DNA of 32,000 nucleotides from an archaeon (GTDB lineage Archaea; Iainarchaeota; Iainarchaeia; Iainarchaeales; CSSED10-239): NCBI GenBank assembly GCA_035390665.1, contig DAOOUC010000003.1, positions 90,001 to 122,000 of the forward strand, read 5' to 3'. Shown piece by piece: positions 17,900 to 26,887 of this stretch (position 1 is its first letter; each line of letters starts with the position of its first letter). The notes under the pieces were generated by a model. It saw only the letters and a program-made list of their open reading frames with translations, ran no database searches and was not told where the DNA came from. The position numbers and the translations under genes were made by a program.

Positions 17900-20800
17900 T
17901 TAATTAATTCCTGTTATTCCAATCCCTGTGTATATGTTATTATTTCCATAGATTACTTTTGGATTCCAATAGAATTCTGTAGTCTTTCCACTATCAGAAT
18001 TAACAACACAAATTTGGTTGGTTTTCACTTTCTCAAAGATGTTTGTTAAATTATCTGTATTATAATTTTCGCCATTACTTAAAAGATTCTTGGTATAACT
18101 GTCGTTTGGATTTTTATTATCTTTATTAAATTTAACAATTACATCTCCTCTTGATTTACTTGTTAATTTATAGATGCTATTATGTGAATCATAAGGAACA
18201 TAAAATATTGTTCTTAAGTTTACTATTCCTTTTCTTGCAACAGTATCCCAATCTATTGCATAAGAATTATACATTCTTTCATCAGGTGTTGTTTGTCTAT
18301 CATAGAAATTTATAAATCTAGAATATACATATTCTCCTGAGAAATCATAATAGTTACTATCTCCAACTCCATTCCATACTCCTAAACTAGTGCCACCATA
18401 TAATGGTTGATTTGATGGATCCGTTATTTGATAGTATGCACTAAATGGCATTAAATTTGTTCTTGTTACGCTCATTAATGTTGCATTTGGATAGTTTGGA
18501 GAATAGATTAATTGAATCTGATCTTCTGTTTGTTCTTTTATTGTAAGTATGTTACCTCTTGTTTCTACATTGCTGTTTATTTTAAAGAAATCTTTATTAT
18601 ATTGTACATTTAAATATTTCTTTGGATTTGATGAACTACTATATTTTGTAGTTAAAGGCAATTCTCCTTGTTTACTTATTGTTATTTCATCACCCATATA
18701 TGCTAAACCATAATTTTGTCTGGAATATCCATTGTTTGTTAAACCTACTGCACCATTAAATGGCATTCTGTAGAAAATACTATCGCTTTCTGGTCCAGAG
18801 ATATATGTTAAAGTTACTGTTGTATTAACATCTAAATCATCTGCTCTTATAAAATCCCAGTGCTCATTTCCAAATATAAAATCAATTCTTACTTTATATT
18901 TTCCTGGAACTAAAATGTTTACACCTGATTGATTATTTGTATATTTTAAATTAAATTCTGTGTTATCTCTAAACAATTTTGAATATATCCCATTTTGATA
19001 ATAACTTGGAGCACCTAAGAAAGCATAAGTACTTGATTGTCCAGCAGACATTTTTCCACCATAAGCTTTATCAAAGTCTGTTTGGAATTGTTTATTATAA
19101 TTGTCTGTGATTAGATATGCGTCAAACTCTATTGTTTGTTTTAATTGTTGTATGTCTTCTATATTCCATTCACTAATGACATTATTTGGATATTGTTCTT
19201 TATTAAACCACATATCTATGTAGTCTACTCCATTAAATTGAGCGGTTGTTATTGGAACTTGACAAGGACCTCCTGTTGGTTGTGCCTGGTGCACACTTAA
19301 ATTAATATCTGTTGTGTAATATGTTTGATTTGGATCTTCTAAATAAGTATTTGCTCCAGAATATTCAACTTCTAACTTAATATTGTTTCCTATTAGAGGG
19401 TTTGCTTGTTCACCATAAGTAAACCAATACTCTGCTGTATTTTCATTTTCACAAGCTGGAACTGTTGTGTTTAATATTGGATTGATTGTATTTATTCCAA
19501 TCACTGTTCCTTCAGTGTGTTGTCTTTCAGTTGTACAATTATCATTTGGAAGTAATTCTGTATATGATTTTAATATTTGATTTCCTAATTTTAGATTTAA
19601 TGTTCCTGTTTTTAAAGAACCTGTTCTATTTTCTATAACTACTCCAATCTTTACTAAATTACCATCTGTTCTTGCACTTACATTTTGTAAACCAATGTAA
19701 CCTGCAGGAATTTCATTATCTAGATTTGGAACACTTGAAGTTAAATTATATGATCCAGACAATGCTTGATCAAGAACTTGCCCTGTACTTCTTGGACAAA
19801 TTATTTCTTTATTTTCTAATTGATCTTCTACTTTTTTCATTCTTTCAATAATTACTTGAGACAATTGTGTAGCATCACAATATTGATTACCTGTGCTACA
19901 AACATTTGTATCAAAACCTGTTGTTTTCCATGTCCAATCAAGATTTACTTTTGGCACAGCTCCCTCTCCAGTTTTACCAACCTTCCCTGAATCTGTAAAA
20001 CAATCAACCATATTCTGGTCAACTTGTGGGCTATCAGGATATTGTTTAGAGATAAATGCAAATCTGAAATCTCCAATAGGTTGTGAACCAACAAAGGCTT
20101 TGTCTTGTGAACCATTATTATCATTTAAAGTTGGTTTGAAAGTAATATTCTTATAAACAATATCTCCTCTTAGAAGTTTTTGATATGTGCTATTGCCATC
20201 TATTGAATAATCAACAACGAAATCAATAGGTTTAATACCTGCTTGTTCTGGCCATATTGCTTTATCGTATTTACAAGAAGTATATACTTCAAATTCTAAA
20301 TTTATTTTATTTCTTGTTGGTTTACTACCATAACATTGAACTCCTGCAATTATTTGATCTTCAGTTACTTCATATTTATCAAATTTATCATTACAGTTTT
20401 CGTTTTTTACTATTCTTTTATATTCATCAAAGAATTCTTGGTGTTGTTTTCCACCACATTTTGGCATTTCTGTATCTAACATTTCATCTGATGTTAATTT
20501 ATTTGTTTTATCGTTATCAGTTTTACCTATTAATTTCAAATAAGTAAAATATCTTGCACCAGTAATATCAAACACATTTACAAATTCTTCTTGATCCCCA
20601 TCTGATATAATTTTAATTTCTTTTGTAGTTTCAAAGTCAGGCATCGTGTAAATTTGAGAAACATCTAAAACATGATAATGAGGATTAAATGAATAATCAT
20701 TATGCCAGGTTGATGCCATCCATCCACCAATTGCTATAACACCAATTGCAGCCCAACCCCATGGTCCAATTGCTGCTAATACCGTGTACAAAGGACCTAA

Positions 20801-23800
20801 AAATGCTCCACCTGCATATGTACCTGCAACAGATCCAAATACCATTGCCATTGTTAAACTACTAGTCCCTGCAGCTAATGCTCCGCCAATTATTGCTGTT
20901 GTTGCTAATGATGCTGCAACAGTAGATGCTGTATTCCACCATTCTGCTCCATCATCGGTTTGATTTGTTAATTCATTTGGGAGACTAAATAACATTTTTT
21001 CAAAATATGGACGTTCTTCTGAAGTTACCATAAATCTTGAAAAGCCTGTGTCGCCTTCAACTTTTTGAACAGCATAGTCCCAAGGTGTAACATTTATATC
21101 GCTGTTTAATAGTCTTACAGTCTGACTTGAATATATTTCTGTTCCAATTTCATTTTGTGTCTTTTCCATTTCTATAAATGGATCTTCCATGTATAATCCT
21201 GAAGAAGAATGTACGTTTACTTTTAATCTCTTTTCAATATTAACTATTGCCCTTCCCGTGTCTCCAAGAACAGATATCTTTACAGGTATAATATATGCTC
21301 CTGGTACTTCTGGCTTTATTATTCCAACAACTTGTGTTGTGTCTCCTCTATTAAAGTTTATTTCGTTCTGTAGAAGACCTTCCATGTTGTCGTATCTTAC
21401 TTTTTGACAACCATACCATTTCTTACCTTCACAGAATTCTAATTTAAATCTTCCAAGATCTGAACAATTATTCTTAACATTTAGTTCTTTTATTTCGCCT
21501 TCAAAAGTTTCTTTAGGTACTACTAACATGTTGTTAATCTTTTTTGAACCATCATAGAAGTCAATACAGTCTTGTATCTTTCTTATTGCAATGTCTGTTG
21601 TAAATGCTATTTCTTTTGAAGTATTTACATATTTTAAACCATCGTTAGTTTCTACTTGTCCATTAATATAAATCTTTGTCTTAACATCTCCAAACTTTTT
21701 ATCAAGAGCTCTATATTCAATTATTGCTGCGTGTGGTCCTGGAGATAAATCATTAAAGATTGTGGTATATGCTCCTTCTGAAAGAGTTATTGATTTACCA
21801 TCAACTGTTAAAATATAATTACCATACATGTCTTTATCATTAACAATTTTTGCTCTTATGTTCTTTAAGTTTATTGATTCTTCAGAATTTCCCTTTACTC
21901 TACAGTTGTTTGTTATTGTAAATGTTTGAATAACTGCACTATTACCACTAACAATAGATTGCCATGGATTACTTACTCCATTAACAACCAAACAATCATC
22001 TTCTTCTACTCCTTCGCCAACTGATAACTTAACATTCATTGGTATCTCAAATGGATAAGTAGTTTGACTTTCACCAACTAAAACATTACCTGTAATTGTC
22101 CCAACAAGATTTAAAGTTTCAACAAGATTTTCTGCATCTTGAGATGCTGCTAGTTTTAATTTAATATCTGCTTCTCCATTTGCTGGAACAACAATGTTAC
22201 CAACTTGAGAATTTAAATAATTCTTTAATTGTTCAATATTTAAATAATTAGAATTACTAAAACTAAAGCCATCGTCTGTAAATTCCTTTAATGTTAATGG
22301 ATAATCTGTTTTATTAACAATTGTTAATCTTTTCTCTGTACCTTGTGGATTTGATTTATTAATATTTAAAATAAATGGCGATGCGGGTTTTACTTCACTA
22401 CCATCTTGCTTTAAACTTAAAATGTCTTGATTAATAACTATTTCTACTGGTGCTGAATAATATCCACTTTTTTCTACAGAAATTATTATTTTTTCTGCAT
22501 TCTTTAATGGAGGTAAATTTATAGAAGCAACACCAATGTCGTTTGTTCGTTGTTGTCCAACATTTAGTGCAATTAATTGATTGTTTCCTTTTTTCTGATA
22601 GATGTTAACAATTGCATTAGTTATTGGTTGATTAGAATTGTCCATTGCAATTACTTTTAATGTAAATGCTTTATTTGGCACAATATTTTGTGGTTCGTAA
22701 GTAATTGTAAAAGGAAATTGTTGACTTGCAGTTATTTCTATCATCTTATTATAAGCAACTAATTGACCAGAAATTATTTTATTTTGTATTCTTGTTCCTC
22801 CAAGTAATACTGGTTTAATTGTGGTATTAACATAAATTTTATCATAAACATTAATTGTTTGAGAATCTAAATAATCCCCATAGAAAGGAATACTATTTCT
22901 TGTCTGTTCTCCACTACTTGATGAAGAACTAAATCCTGCTCCTGAAATTGTGTAATTTAAGAAATTAATTGCTTGTGTTGGTATTTCGTTATTATTTTCA
23001 ATATTCTTTATTGTTAATCTATTATTATAGAATACATTAGATTTAGCATTTGTTATTTCATAATTAAATTGATATGTTTTATTTACAATCAATCCATTAT
23101 TTGTTTCATCTAAATCATAAGCAATTCCATCCTCTGTATCTACAAACTGACCTTTTATACAGAAGTCTTCTGAACATAATTCACTTACATCAATATAATA
23201 GATTTTTTGATTACCAAGGGTGTTTGGTTCTGGTGCAACCCCAGTATAAATTGAGTAATATATTGGAATAGCTGCCCCTCTTGTAGCCGCAAGAGTTTGC
23301 ACAGGTATAGTTAATTCATAAACTCCTGCCTGCACATTTGAAAACATTGTATCTGTCATCTTTGTTGGAGAATCTTGTAATACTCTTGTTGGTAAAGTGT
23401 CTGAATAATATGCTGTGTTAGCTATTGAATTAAGTATTGGTTTAATTAATACAATATCTTCAGTAATATTATTTTTTTCTCCAATTAAAAACCTAATTCC
23501 GAGATTTCCTGGATTTGGTGTGATTAATCTAAACTTAAAATTAAATCTTGCATTTTGTGTAAAATTTTCTGTTGATTGTTCTGAAATATTATATAATCCA
23601 ATTAATTCTGCTGTTGGAGTTGTTGCATATCCAGATCTATATAATTTTATTTCTTTATTTAATGTTTCATTCTTAATTACAGGCATTAATTCTGTAAAAT
23701 AATCATAATATCCTGTTTTGCTTATTTTAGCATAAACTATTTTATCTGCTTTTATTTTTTTATTATAAATTCCTGATTGATTTGCTTGATCAAGTCCTAT

Positions 23801-25444
23801 TTCTTCTCCAGTGATATTATATAATCTAATGTCTGCAAAATCTATTGTTTCATTATTTATGTTTTTTATATTAAGATTGATTGTTCCTTGTCCAATATTT
23901 ATTAATATAGAAACATTAGAATCTGTTGGTGGTGTGTGCGTAAATTTATTTGATTCTCCAACAACATTTGTTTTTCTTAATTTAACAAAGTAATAGCCTG
24001 TTGGAATATTTTCAAAACTTGCCTGTCCATTAACATCTGTAAGTAATGGAGTAAATCTTGTATCAATATATCCTAAGTTTCCATCATATAACCATAATGT
24101 TGCACCCACAATAGGCAAATTATCTTCGTCTTTTACACTTATATTAATATCAGAAACATTACTTACTGTTATTTTTTCTAAAAATATAGAATATTCATTT
24201 ACATTTGGAGTTATATTTCTTACTTGTGGGATATATCCTTCTGCTTTTGCAGTTAAAGAATAATTTTTACCGTCTTCTATTCGTAGCATTATTCCGGTTT
24301 GAGTATATGCTTTAGTATCAACTGTTTGATTTGCATCTAATATCAATAAAACATTTGGCATATATTCTACAGAAATTTCTTGATTTGTTTCACTATCTTT
24401 TAAAATAACTTTTATATCTCTTGTAACAATAGAAACAATTGAATCTCCTGGATTTACAACTTCATTAATTGCATCTAACTCTAAACTTACTTGTGATTCA
24501 ACATTTTTTGTAACAATAAAATTAGCTGATTTTGTTTGATATCTTGAAGAATCATCTGTTGCTGTTACTATATATTCTCCTGTCTCAATATTTGAAAACC
24601 TTCTTGCTCCAAATTGAGATTGTCCAGAAGTAACAGGATTAATTGTGTCTTCTACTTTATATATTCTTAAAGTAATTCCATCTAATGGGTTTGCTCCACT
24701 TTTTACTGTTACTCTAACTTGTCCATATTCTGCTATTATTGATTTTTCTTGTAATTGAATTATGCCCGTCTCAGGATTAATAATTACATTTGTTGCTGAA
24801 TATGTGTTTCCGATAGCTGTTGCAACAAGTCTATTACACATTAAAGGTAATTCAAATGTGCCTTTTCCATTTTCTACATTTGTTATTGATGGAACAACAA
24901 CCTGTGTGCCATCTTGACAAGTAATTGTTACATTTAATTTTTCTGAAACTAATTGACCATCAGGCCCAATAAATTGTAATGATTTATTTTGTTTTGATGC
25001 AATCTCAAATATATCAACAGTAAAGTTTAATCTTGATTTGCTTAAATCTAATACTTCTTCTTTATACTTATACCCTTTTTTATTTATGATTAATGCATAA
25101 TCACCATATTTATTTAATTCAATTGTAAAAATACCTTTACTATCGGTTCTATAACTTTGAGTAGAATTACTATTTAAATTTTTTATTTCAAATTCGAAAT
25201 TTGTTAATAATTTGTTTGTATTATCTGCAATTGCAATTGTATAAACGCTTGTTTCTTCGGTTAAGTTTGAAGAAAATGGTTTAAATATTAAAAAGAGAAT
25301 AACAAGAATAATCGCAATAAATAAAAACAAAGAAGCAGTAGGAAAAAGTTTATCTATTGGTTTTGTAAGCCATTTAATTGGTATTCTTTCGTTTATTTTT
25401 TCAATAGTTGCCTGATATTTTTCTGAAAAACTCATACATTTCAC
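17900..25444 (-). CDS. Giant membrane protein (2514 aa as tracked): N-terminal signal anchor, tandem beta-sandwich repeats, an internal Gly/Ala-rich multi-helix hydrophobic cluster, and the conserved C-terminal module.
   Basis: Track ORF. The codon at 25444..25442 is GTG, and the first ATG is at 25435 (MSFSEKY...). Anchor: ASLFLFIAIILVILFLIF. About 6 tandem ~90-aa repeats span aa ~65-620, e.g. INISVKDEDNLPIVGATLWLYDG...TDVNGQASFENIPTGYYFVKL. The hydrophobic cluster is at aa ~1499-1580. The C-terminal region shares VPKVNLDWTW...CSTGNQYCDATQL and the terminal ...NQICVV...FYWNPKV motifs with the other giants. Confidence 0.92.
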   Translation of the reverse strand: MKCMSFSEKYQATIEKINERIPIKWLTKPIDKLFPTASLFLFIAIILVILFLIFKPFSSNLTEETSVYTIAIADNTNKLLTNFEFEIKNLNSNSTQSYRTDSKGIFTIELNKYGDYALIINKKGYKYKEEVLDLSKSRLNFTVDIFEIASKQNKSLQFIGPDGQLVSEKLNVTITCQDGTQVVVPSITNVENGKGTFELPLMCNRLVATAIGNTYSATNVIINPETGIIQLQEKSIIAEYGQVRVTVKSGANPLDGITLRIYKVEDTINPVTSGQSQFGARRFSNIETGEYIVTATDDSSRYQTKSANFIVTKNVESQVSLELDAINEVVNPGDSIVSIVTRDIKVILKDSETNQEISVEYMPNVLLILDANQTVDTKAYTQTGIMLRIEDGKNYSLTAKAEGYIPQVRNITPNVNEYSIFLEKITVSNVSDINISVKDEDNLPIVGATLWLYDGNLGYIDTRFTPLLTDVNGQASFENIPTGYYFVKLRKTNVVGESNKFTHTPPTDSNVSILINIGQGTINLNIKNINNETIDFADIRLYNITGEEIGLDQANQSGIYNKKIKADKIVYAKISKTGYYDYFTELMPVIKNETLNKEIKLYRSGYATTPTAELIGLYNISEQSTENFTQNARFNFKFRLITPNPGNLGIRFLIGEKNNITEDIVLIKPILNSIANTAYYSDTLPTRVLQDSPTKMTDTMFSNVQAGVYELTIPVQTLAATRGAAIPIYYSIYTGVAPEPNTLGNQKIYYIDVSELCSEDFCIKGQFVDTEDGIAYDLDETNNGLIVNKTYQFNYEITNAKSNVFYNNRLTIKNIENNNEIPTQAINFLNYTISGAGFSSSSSSGEQTRNSIPFYGDYLDSQTINVYDKIYVNTTIKPVLLGGTRIQNKIISGQLVAYNKMIEITASQQFPFTITYEPQNIVPNKAFTLKVIAMDNSNQPITNAIVNIYQKKGNNQLIALNVGQQRTNDIGVASINLPPLKNAEKIIISVEKSGYYSAPVEIVINQDILSLKQDGSEVKPASPFILNINKSNPQGTEKRLTIVNKTDYPLTLKEFTDDGFSFSNSNYLNIEQLKNYLNSQVGNIVVPANGEADIKLKLAASQDAENLVETLNLVGTITGNVLVGESQTTYPFEIPMNVKLSVGEGVEEDDCLVVNGVSNPWQSIVSGNSAVIQTFTITNNCRVKGNSEESINLKNIRAKIVNDKDMYGNYILTVDGKSITLSEGAYTTIFNDLSPGPHAAIIEYRALDKKFGDVKTKIYINGQVETNDGLKYVNTSKEIAFTTDIAIRKIQDCIDFYDGSKKINNMLVVPKETFEGEIKELNVKNNCSDLGRFKLEFCEGKKWYGCQKVRYDNMEGLLQNEINFNRGDTTQVVGIIKPEVPGAYIIPVKISVLGDTGRAIVNIEKRLKVNVHSSSGLYMEDPFIEMEKTQNEIGTEIYSSQTVRLLNSDINVTPWDYAVQKVEGDTGFSRFMVTSEERPYFEKMLFSLPNELTNQTDDGAEWWNTASTVAASLATTAIIGGALAAGTSSLTMAMVFGSVAGTYAGGAFLGPLYTVLAAIGPWGWAAIGVIAIGGWMASTWHNDYSFNPHYHVLDVSQIYTMPDFETTKEIKIISDGDQEEFVNVFDITGARYFTYLKLIGKTDNDKTNKLTSDEMLDTEMPKCGGKQHQEFFDEYKRIVKNENCNDKFDKYEVTEDQIIAGVQCYGSKPTRNKINLEFEVYTSCKYDKAIWPEQAGIKPIDFVVDYSIDGNSTYQKLLRGDIVYKNITFKPTLNDNNGSQDKAFVGSQPIGDFRFAFISKQYPDSPQVDQNMVDCFTDSGKVGKTGEGAVPKVNLDWTWKTTGFDTNVCSTGNQYCDATQLSQVIIERMKKVEDQLENKEIICPRSTGQVLDQALSGSYNLTSSVPNLDNEIPAGYIGLQNVSARTDGNLVKIGVVIENRTGSLKTGTLNLKLGNQILKSYTELLPNDNCTTERQHTEGTVIGINTINPILNTTVPACENENTAEYWFTYGEQANPLIGNNIKLEVEYSGANTYLEDPNQTYYTTDINLSVHQAQPTGGPCQVPITTAQFNGVDYIDMWFNKEQYPNNVISEWNIEDIQQLKQTIEFDAYLITDNYNKQFQTDFDKAYGGKMSAGQSSTYAFLGAPSYYQNGIYSKLFRDNTEFNLKYTNNQSGVNILVPGKYKVRIDFIFGNEHWDFIRADDLDVNTTVTLTYISGPESDSIFYRMPFNGAVGLTNNGYSRQNYGLAYMGDEITISKQGELPLTTKYSSSSNPKKYLNVQYNKDFFKINSNVETRGNILTIKEQTEDQIQLIYSPNYPNATLMSVTRTNLMPFSAYYQITDPSNQPLYGGTSLGVWNGVGDSNYYDFSGEYVYSRFINFYDRQTTPDERMYNSYAIDWDTVARKGIVNLRTIFYVPYDSHNSIYKLTSKSRGDVIVKFNKDNKNPNDSYTKNLLSNGENYNTDNLTNIFEKVKTNQICVVNSDSGKTTEFYWNPKVIYGNNNIYTGIGITGIN
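20705..20950 (-). other. Internal Gly/Ala-rich hydrophobic cluster (predicted 3-4 membrane helices, with a glycine-zipper motif) in the middle of the 2514-aa protein.
   Basis: Translation: GAEWWNTASTVAASLATTAIIGGALAAGTSSLTMAMVFGSVAGTYAGGAFLGPLYTVLAAIGPWGWAAIGVIAIGGWMASTW. It contains GSVAGTYAG (GxxxGxxxG). The segment is visibly more GC-rich than its flanks. Confidence 0.7.
23584..25252 (-). repeat. About six tandem ~90-aa beta-sandwich repeats (carboxypeptidase-regulatory-like/Ig-like by pattern) in the 2514-aa protein.
   Basis: The recurring pattern is [IV].[IV].[IV].D....P[IL].[GN]A.[IVL].[IL]........TD..G...[FI]..[IL]..G.Y.[IV].[IVA]...GY. The clearest copy is SDINISVKDEDNLPIVGATLWLYDG...LLTDVNGQASFENIPTGYYFVKLRK. 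The assignment rests on motif recognition only; no HMM was run. Confidence 0.6.
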
Positions 25445-25513
25445 TTTTTACAATAAATATATACTTAAATATATTTATATTAGAAAAGAAAGTATTTAAA
25501 TAATATGGTTTTT
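25445..25513 (-). promoter_or_regulatory. Candidate promoter region for the 2514-aa gene (TATA-like boxes).
   Basis: The minus strand contains TTTAAATA (25493..25500), which matches the archaeal TTTAWATA consensus, and ATATAAATAT (25471..25480), about 27-36 nt upstream of the GTG at 25444. In DNA this AT-rich, such matches can arise by chance. Confidence 0.3.
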
Positions 25514-25546
25514 AAAGAAAAAGAAGATGAGCAGAAAAGCTCATCT
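25514..25546 (-). terminator. Hairpin plus U-tract (intrinsic-terminator-like) overlapping the stop codon of 25541..26869.
   Basis: Minus strand reads AGATGAGC-TTTTCT-GCTCATCT: a perfect 8-bp stem (25539..25546 pairs with 25525..25532) and a 6-nt loop. It is followed immediately by TCTTTTTCTTTAAA. The TGA stop lies inside the 5' arm. Confidence 0.5.
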
Positions 25547-26869
25547 ACAATCAGTTAATGGTTTAGAATAACAAAATGCTGCTGTTGTTTTACAGGTTGT
25601 ATTACTTTGACAAGCAGCAACAGAATATAATGAAATTTGATTATTTGTACAGGTTGCTGCATAAACTGTTTGTGCATCTGGTCTACAAACACACCCAAAA
25701 GCACCTGATTGTAACCCAGCATCAGCACATTTCCCCACATCTCCTGTAGTTCCAGAAGTAAATGTTGTTGTGTAATATTTAATGACTGCTGGTGTTTGAA
25801 TGGTTGAAGAAGGAATAACCGGCGTATTTGTTACTGGTGCTGACACGGGCACACTTGGTGTTTCTACTGGAACTTGCGTACTCCAGGTCATAGTTGTATT
25901 ACATCCAATTGTAGCGCCTTTCCAACAAGAAGTATTTAAATTACCTGGATATTCTCCTAGATAAATATAATTGTGATTTGTTGGATTCCACATTTTATTA
26001 TATGGCCCATAAACAACAGTTGATCCATTGAAACATTTTTCAACACCATAGTAGTTTTGTTTATTACTTCTTACACACACACATCTATAGTTTAAACTAT
26101 CTTGCTCTATTGGATAATCTTCAATATTACATTGTTGTGCTGCATTTCTAGTAATTAAAACATAATTAAAGGTTTTGGTTATTGTTTGTGGCTCAATATA
26201 ATTGTATTCTAAATTTATTTGGCTAGTGTCTAAAATCCAAGTTAATAAACAATTTTTTCTTAAATTATTACAATTTTGATTATTTTCATTACAAAAGAAC
26301 AGAATTATTTTATTATTCATTTCACAGTTTAAAACGGTTTTTTGCTCAAGCAAATCTAAATTATAAAAGGTAGCATAGCTTATGGTGACTTTGTCTGGAG
26401 TTTTCTGTAAAAATAATAAAACATATGGTTCATTTATTGATTCATTTGTTGTAAATTGAAATCTTGACTGAGAATTATTAAATTTAATTTTTGTAATGTT
26501 TGAATTTGGATTTAATGTATATCTGGTGTTACCATTATGTAAATTATATCCTGCATTTTGATTATCAGCTAAAAAGTTATTTATTTCTGTAATTGCTGAA
26601 TTTGTTGTATTAAGATTAAAAAACATAACATATGTTGTGTTTGTCGAAAAGATTGGATTTAGAGTTATATCCACATTCTTTATTTTATTCTTATAATTAA
26701 AAACAAATGCCTGCTCTGTTGATTCTGTGGTACTTGATAAAGAAACATAAGATTGATCTGAAATATTGTAGTTAACAGAAGCAATTGGTTTTATTTCTAA
26801 GGTGTTTGCATTAATTATGGTTATTTGTATTATGCAAAATAAAGCAATTAATAATGTTATTTTTTTCAT
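25541..26869 (-). CDS. Secreted Cys-rich hypothetical protein (442 aa) with a Pro/Thr/Val/Ser linker and a C-terminal 8-Cys domain.
   Basis: Track ORF with ATG start, preceded by AGGTGGA (26873..26879). Signal peptide MKKITLLIALFCIIQITIINA|NT. Linker VPVETPSVPVSAPVTNTPVIPSSTIQTPAV (aa ~332-362). C-terminal domain KCADAGLQSGAFGCVCRPDAQTVYAATC...CQSNTTCKTTAAFCYSKPLTDCR. The stop is TGA. Confidence 0.9.
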   Translation of the reverse strand: MKKITLLIALFCIIQITIINANTLEIKPIASVNYNISDQSYVSLSSTTESTEQAFVFNYKNKIKNVDITLNPIFSTNTTYVMFFNLNTTNSAITEINNFLADNQNAGYNLHNGNTRYTLNPNSNITKIKFNNSQSRFQFTTNESINEPYVLLFLQKTPDKVTISYATFYNLDLLEQKTVLNCEMNNKIILFFCNENNQNCNNLRKNCLLTWILDTSQINLEYNYIEPQTITKTFNYVLITRNAAQQCNIEDYPIEQDSLNYRCVCVRSNKQNYYGVEKCFNGSTVVYGPYNKMWNPTNHNYIYLGEYPGNLNTSCWKGATIGCNTTMTWSTQVPVETPSVPVSAPVTNTPVIPSSTIQTPAVIKYYTTTFTSGTTGDVGKCADAGLQSGAFGCVCRPDAQTVYAATCTNNQISLYSVAACQSNTTCKTTAAFCYSKPLTDCR

Positions 26870-26872
26870 TTA

Positions 26873-26879
26873 TCCACCT
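26873..26879 (-). promoter_or_regulatory. Shine-Dalgarno-like site AGGTGGA for 25541..26869.
   Basis: Minus strand reads TAGGTGGATAAATG. It lies within the 18-nt gap after the upstream TAA. Confidence 0.55.
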
Positions 26880-26887
26880 ACTAAAAT

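Noticed and set aside
17900-25444. Phage tape-measure protein, suggested by the giant size and mid-protein Gly-rich hydrophobic segment
   Set aside because: An N-terminal signal anchor, beta-sandwich repeat arrays and Cys-rich extracellular modules do not fit the mostly alpha-helical tape-measure architecture. I see no phage structural or packaging genes nearby.
25555-25740. Minus-strand 61-aa ORF in an alternative frame
   Set aside because: It is fully nested out of frame in the C-terminal Cys-rich domain of the 442-aa gene, which has the coherent signal peptide/linker/Cys architecture.
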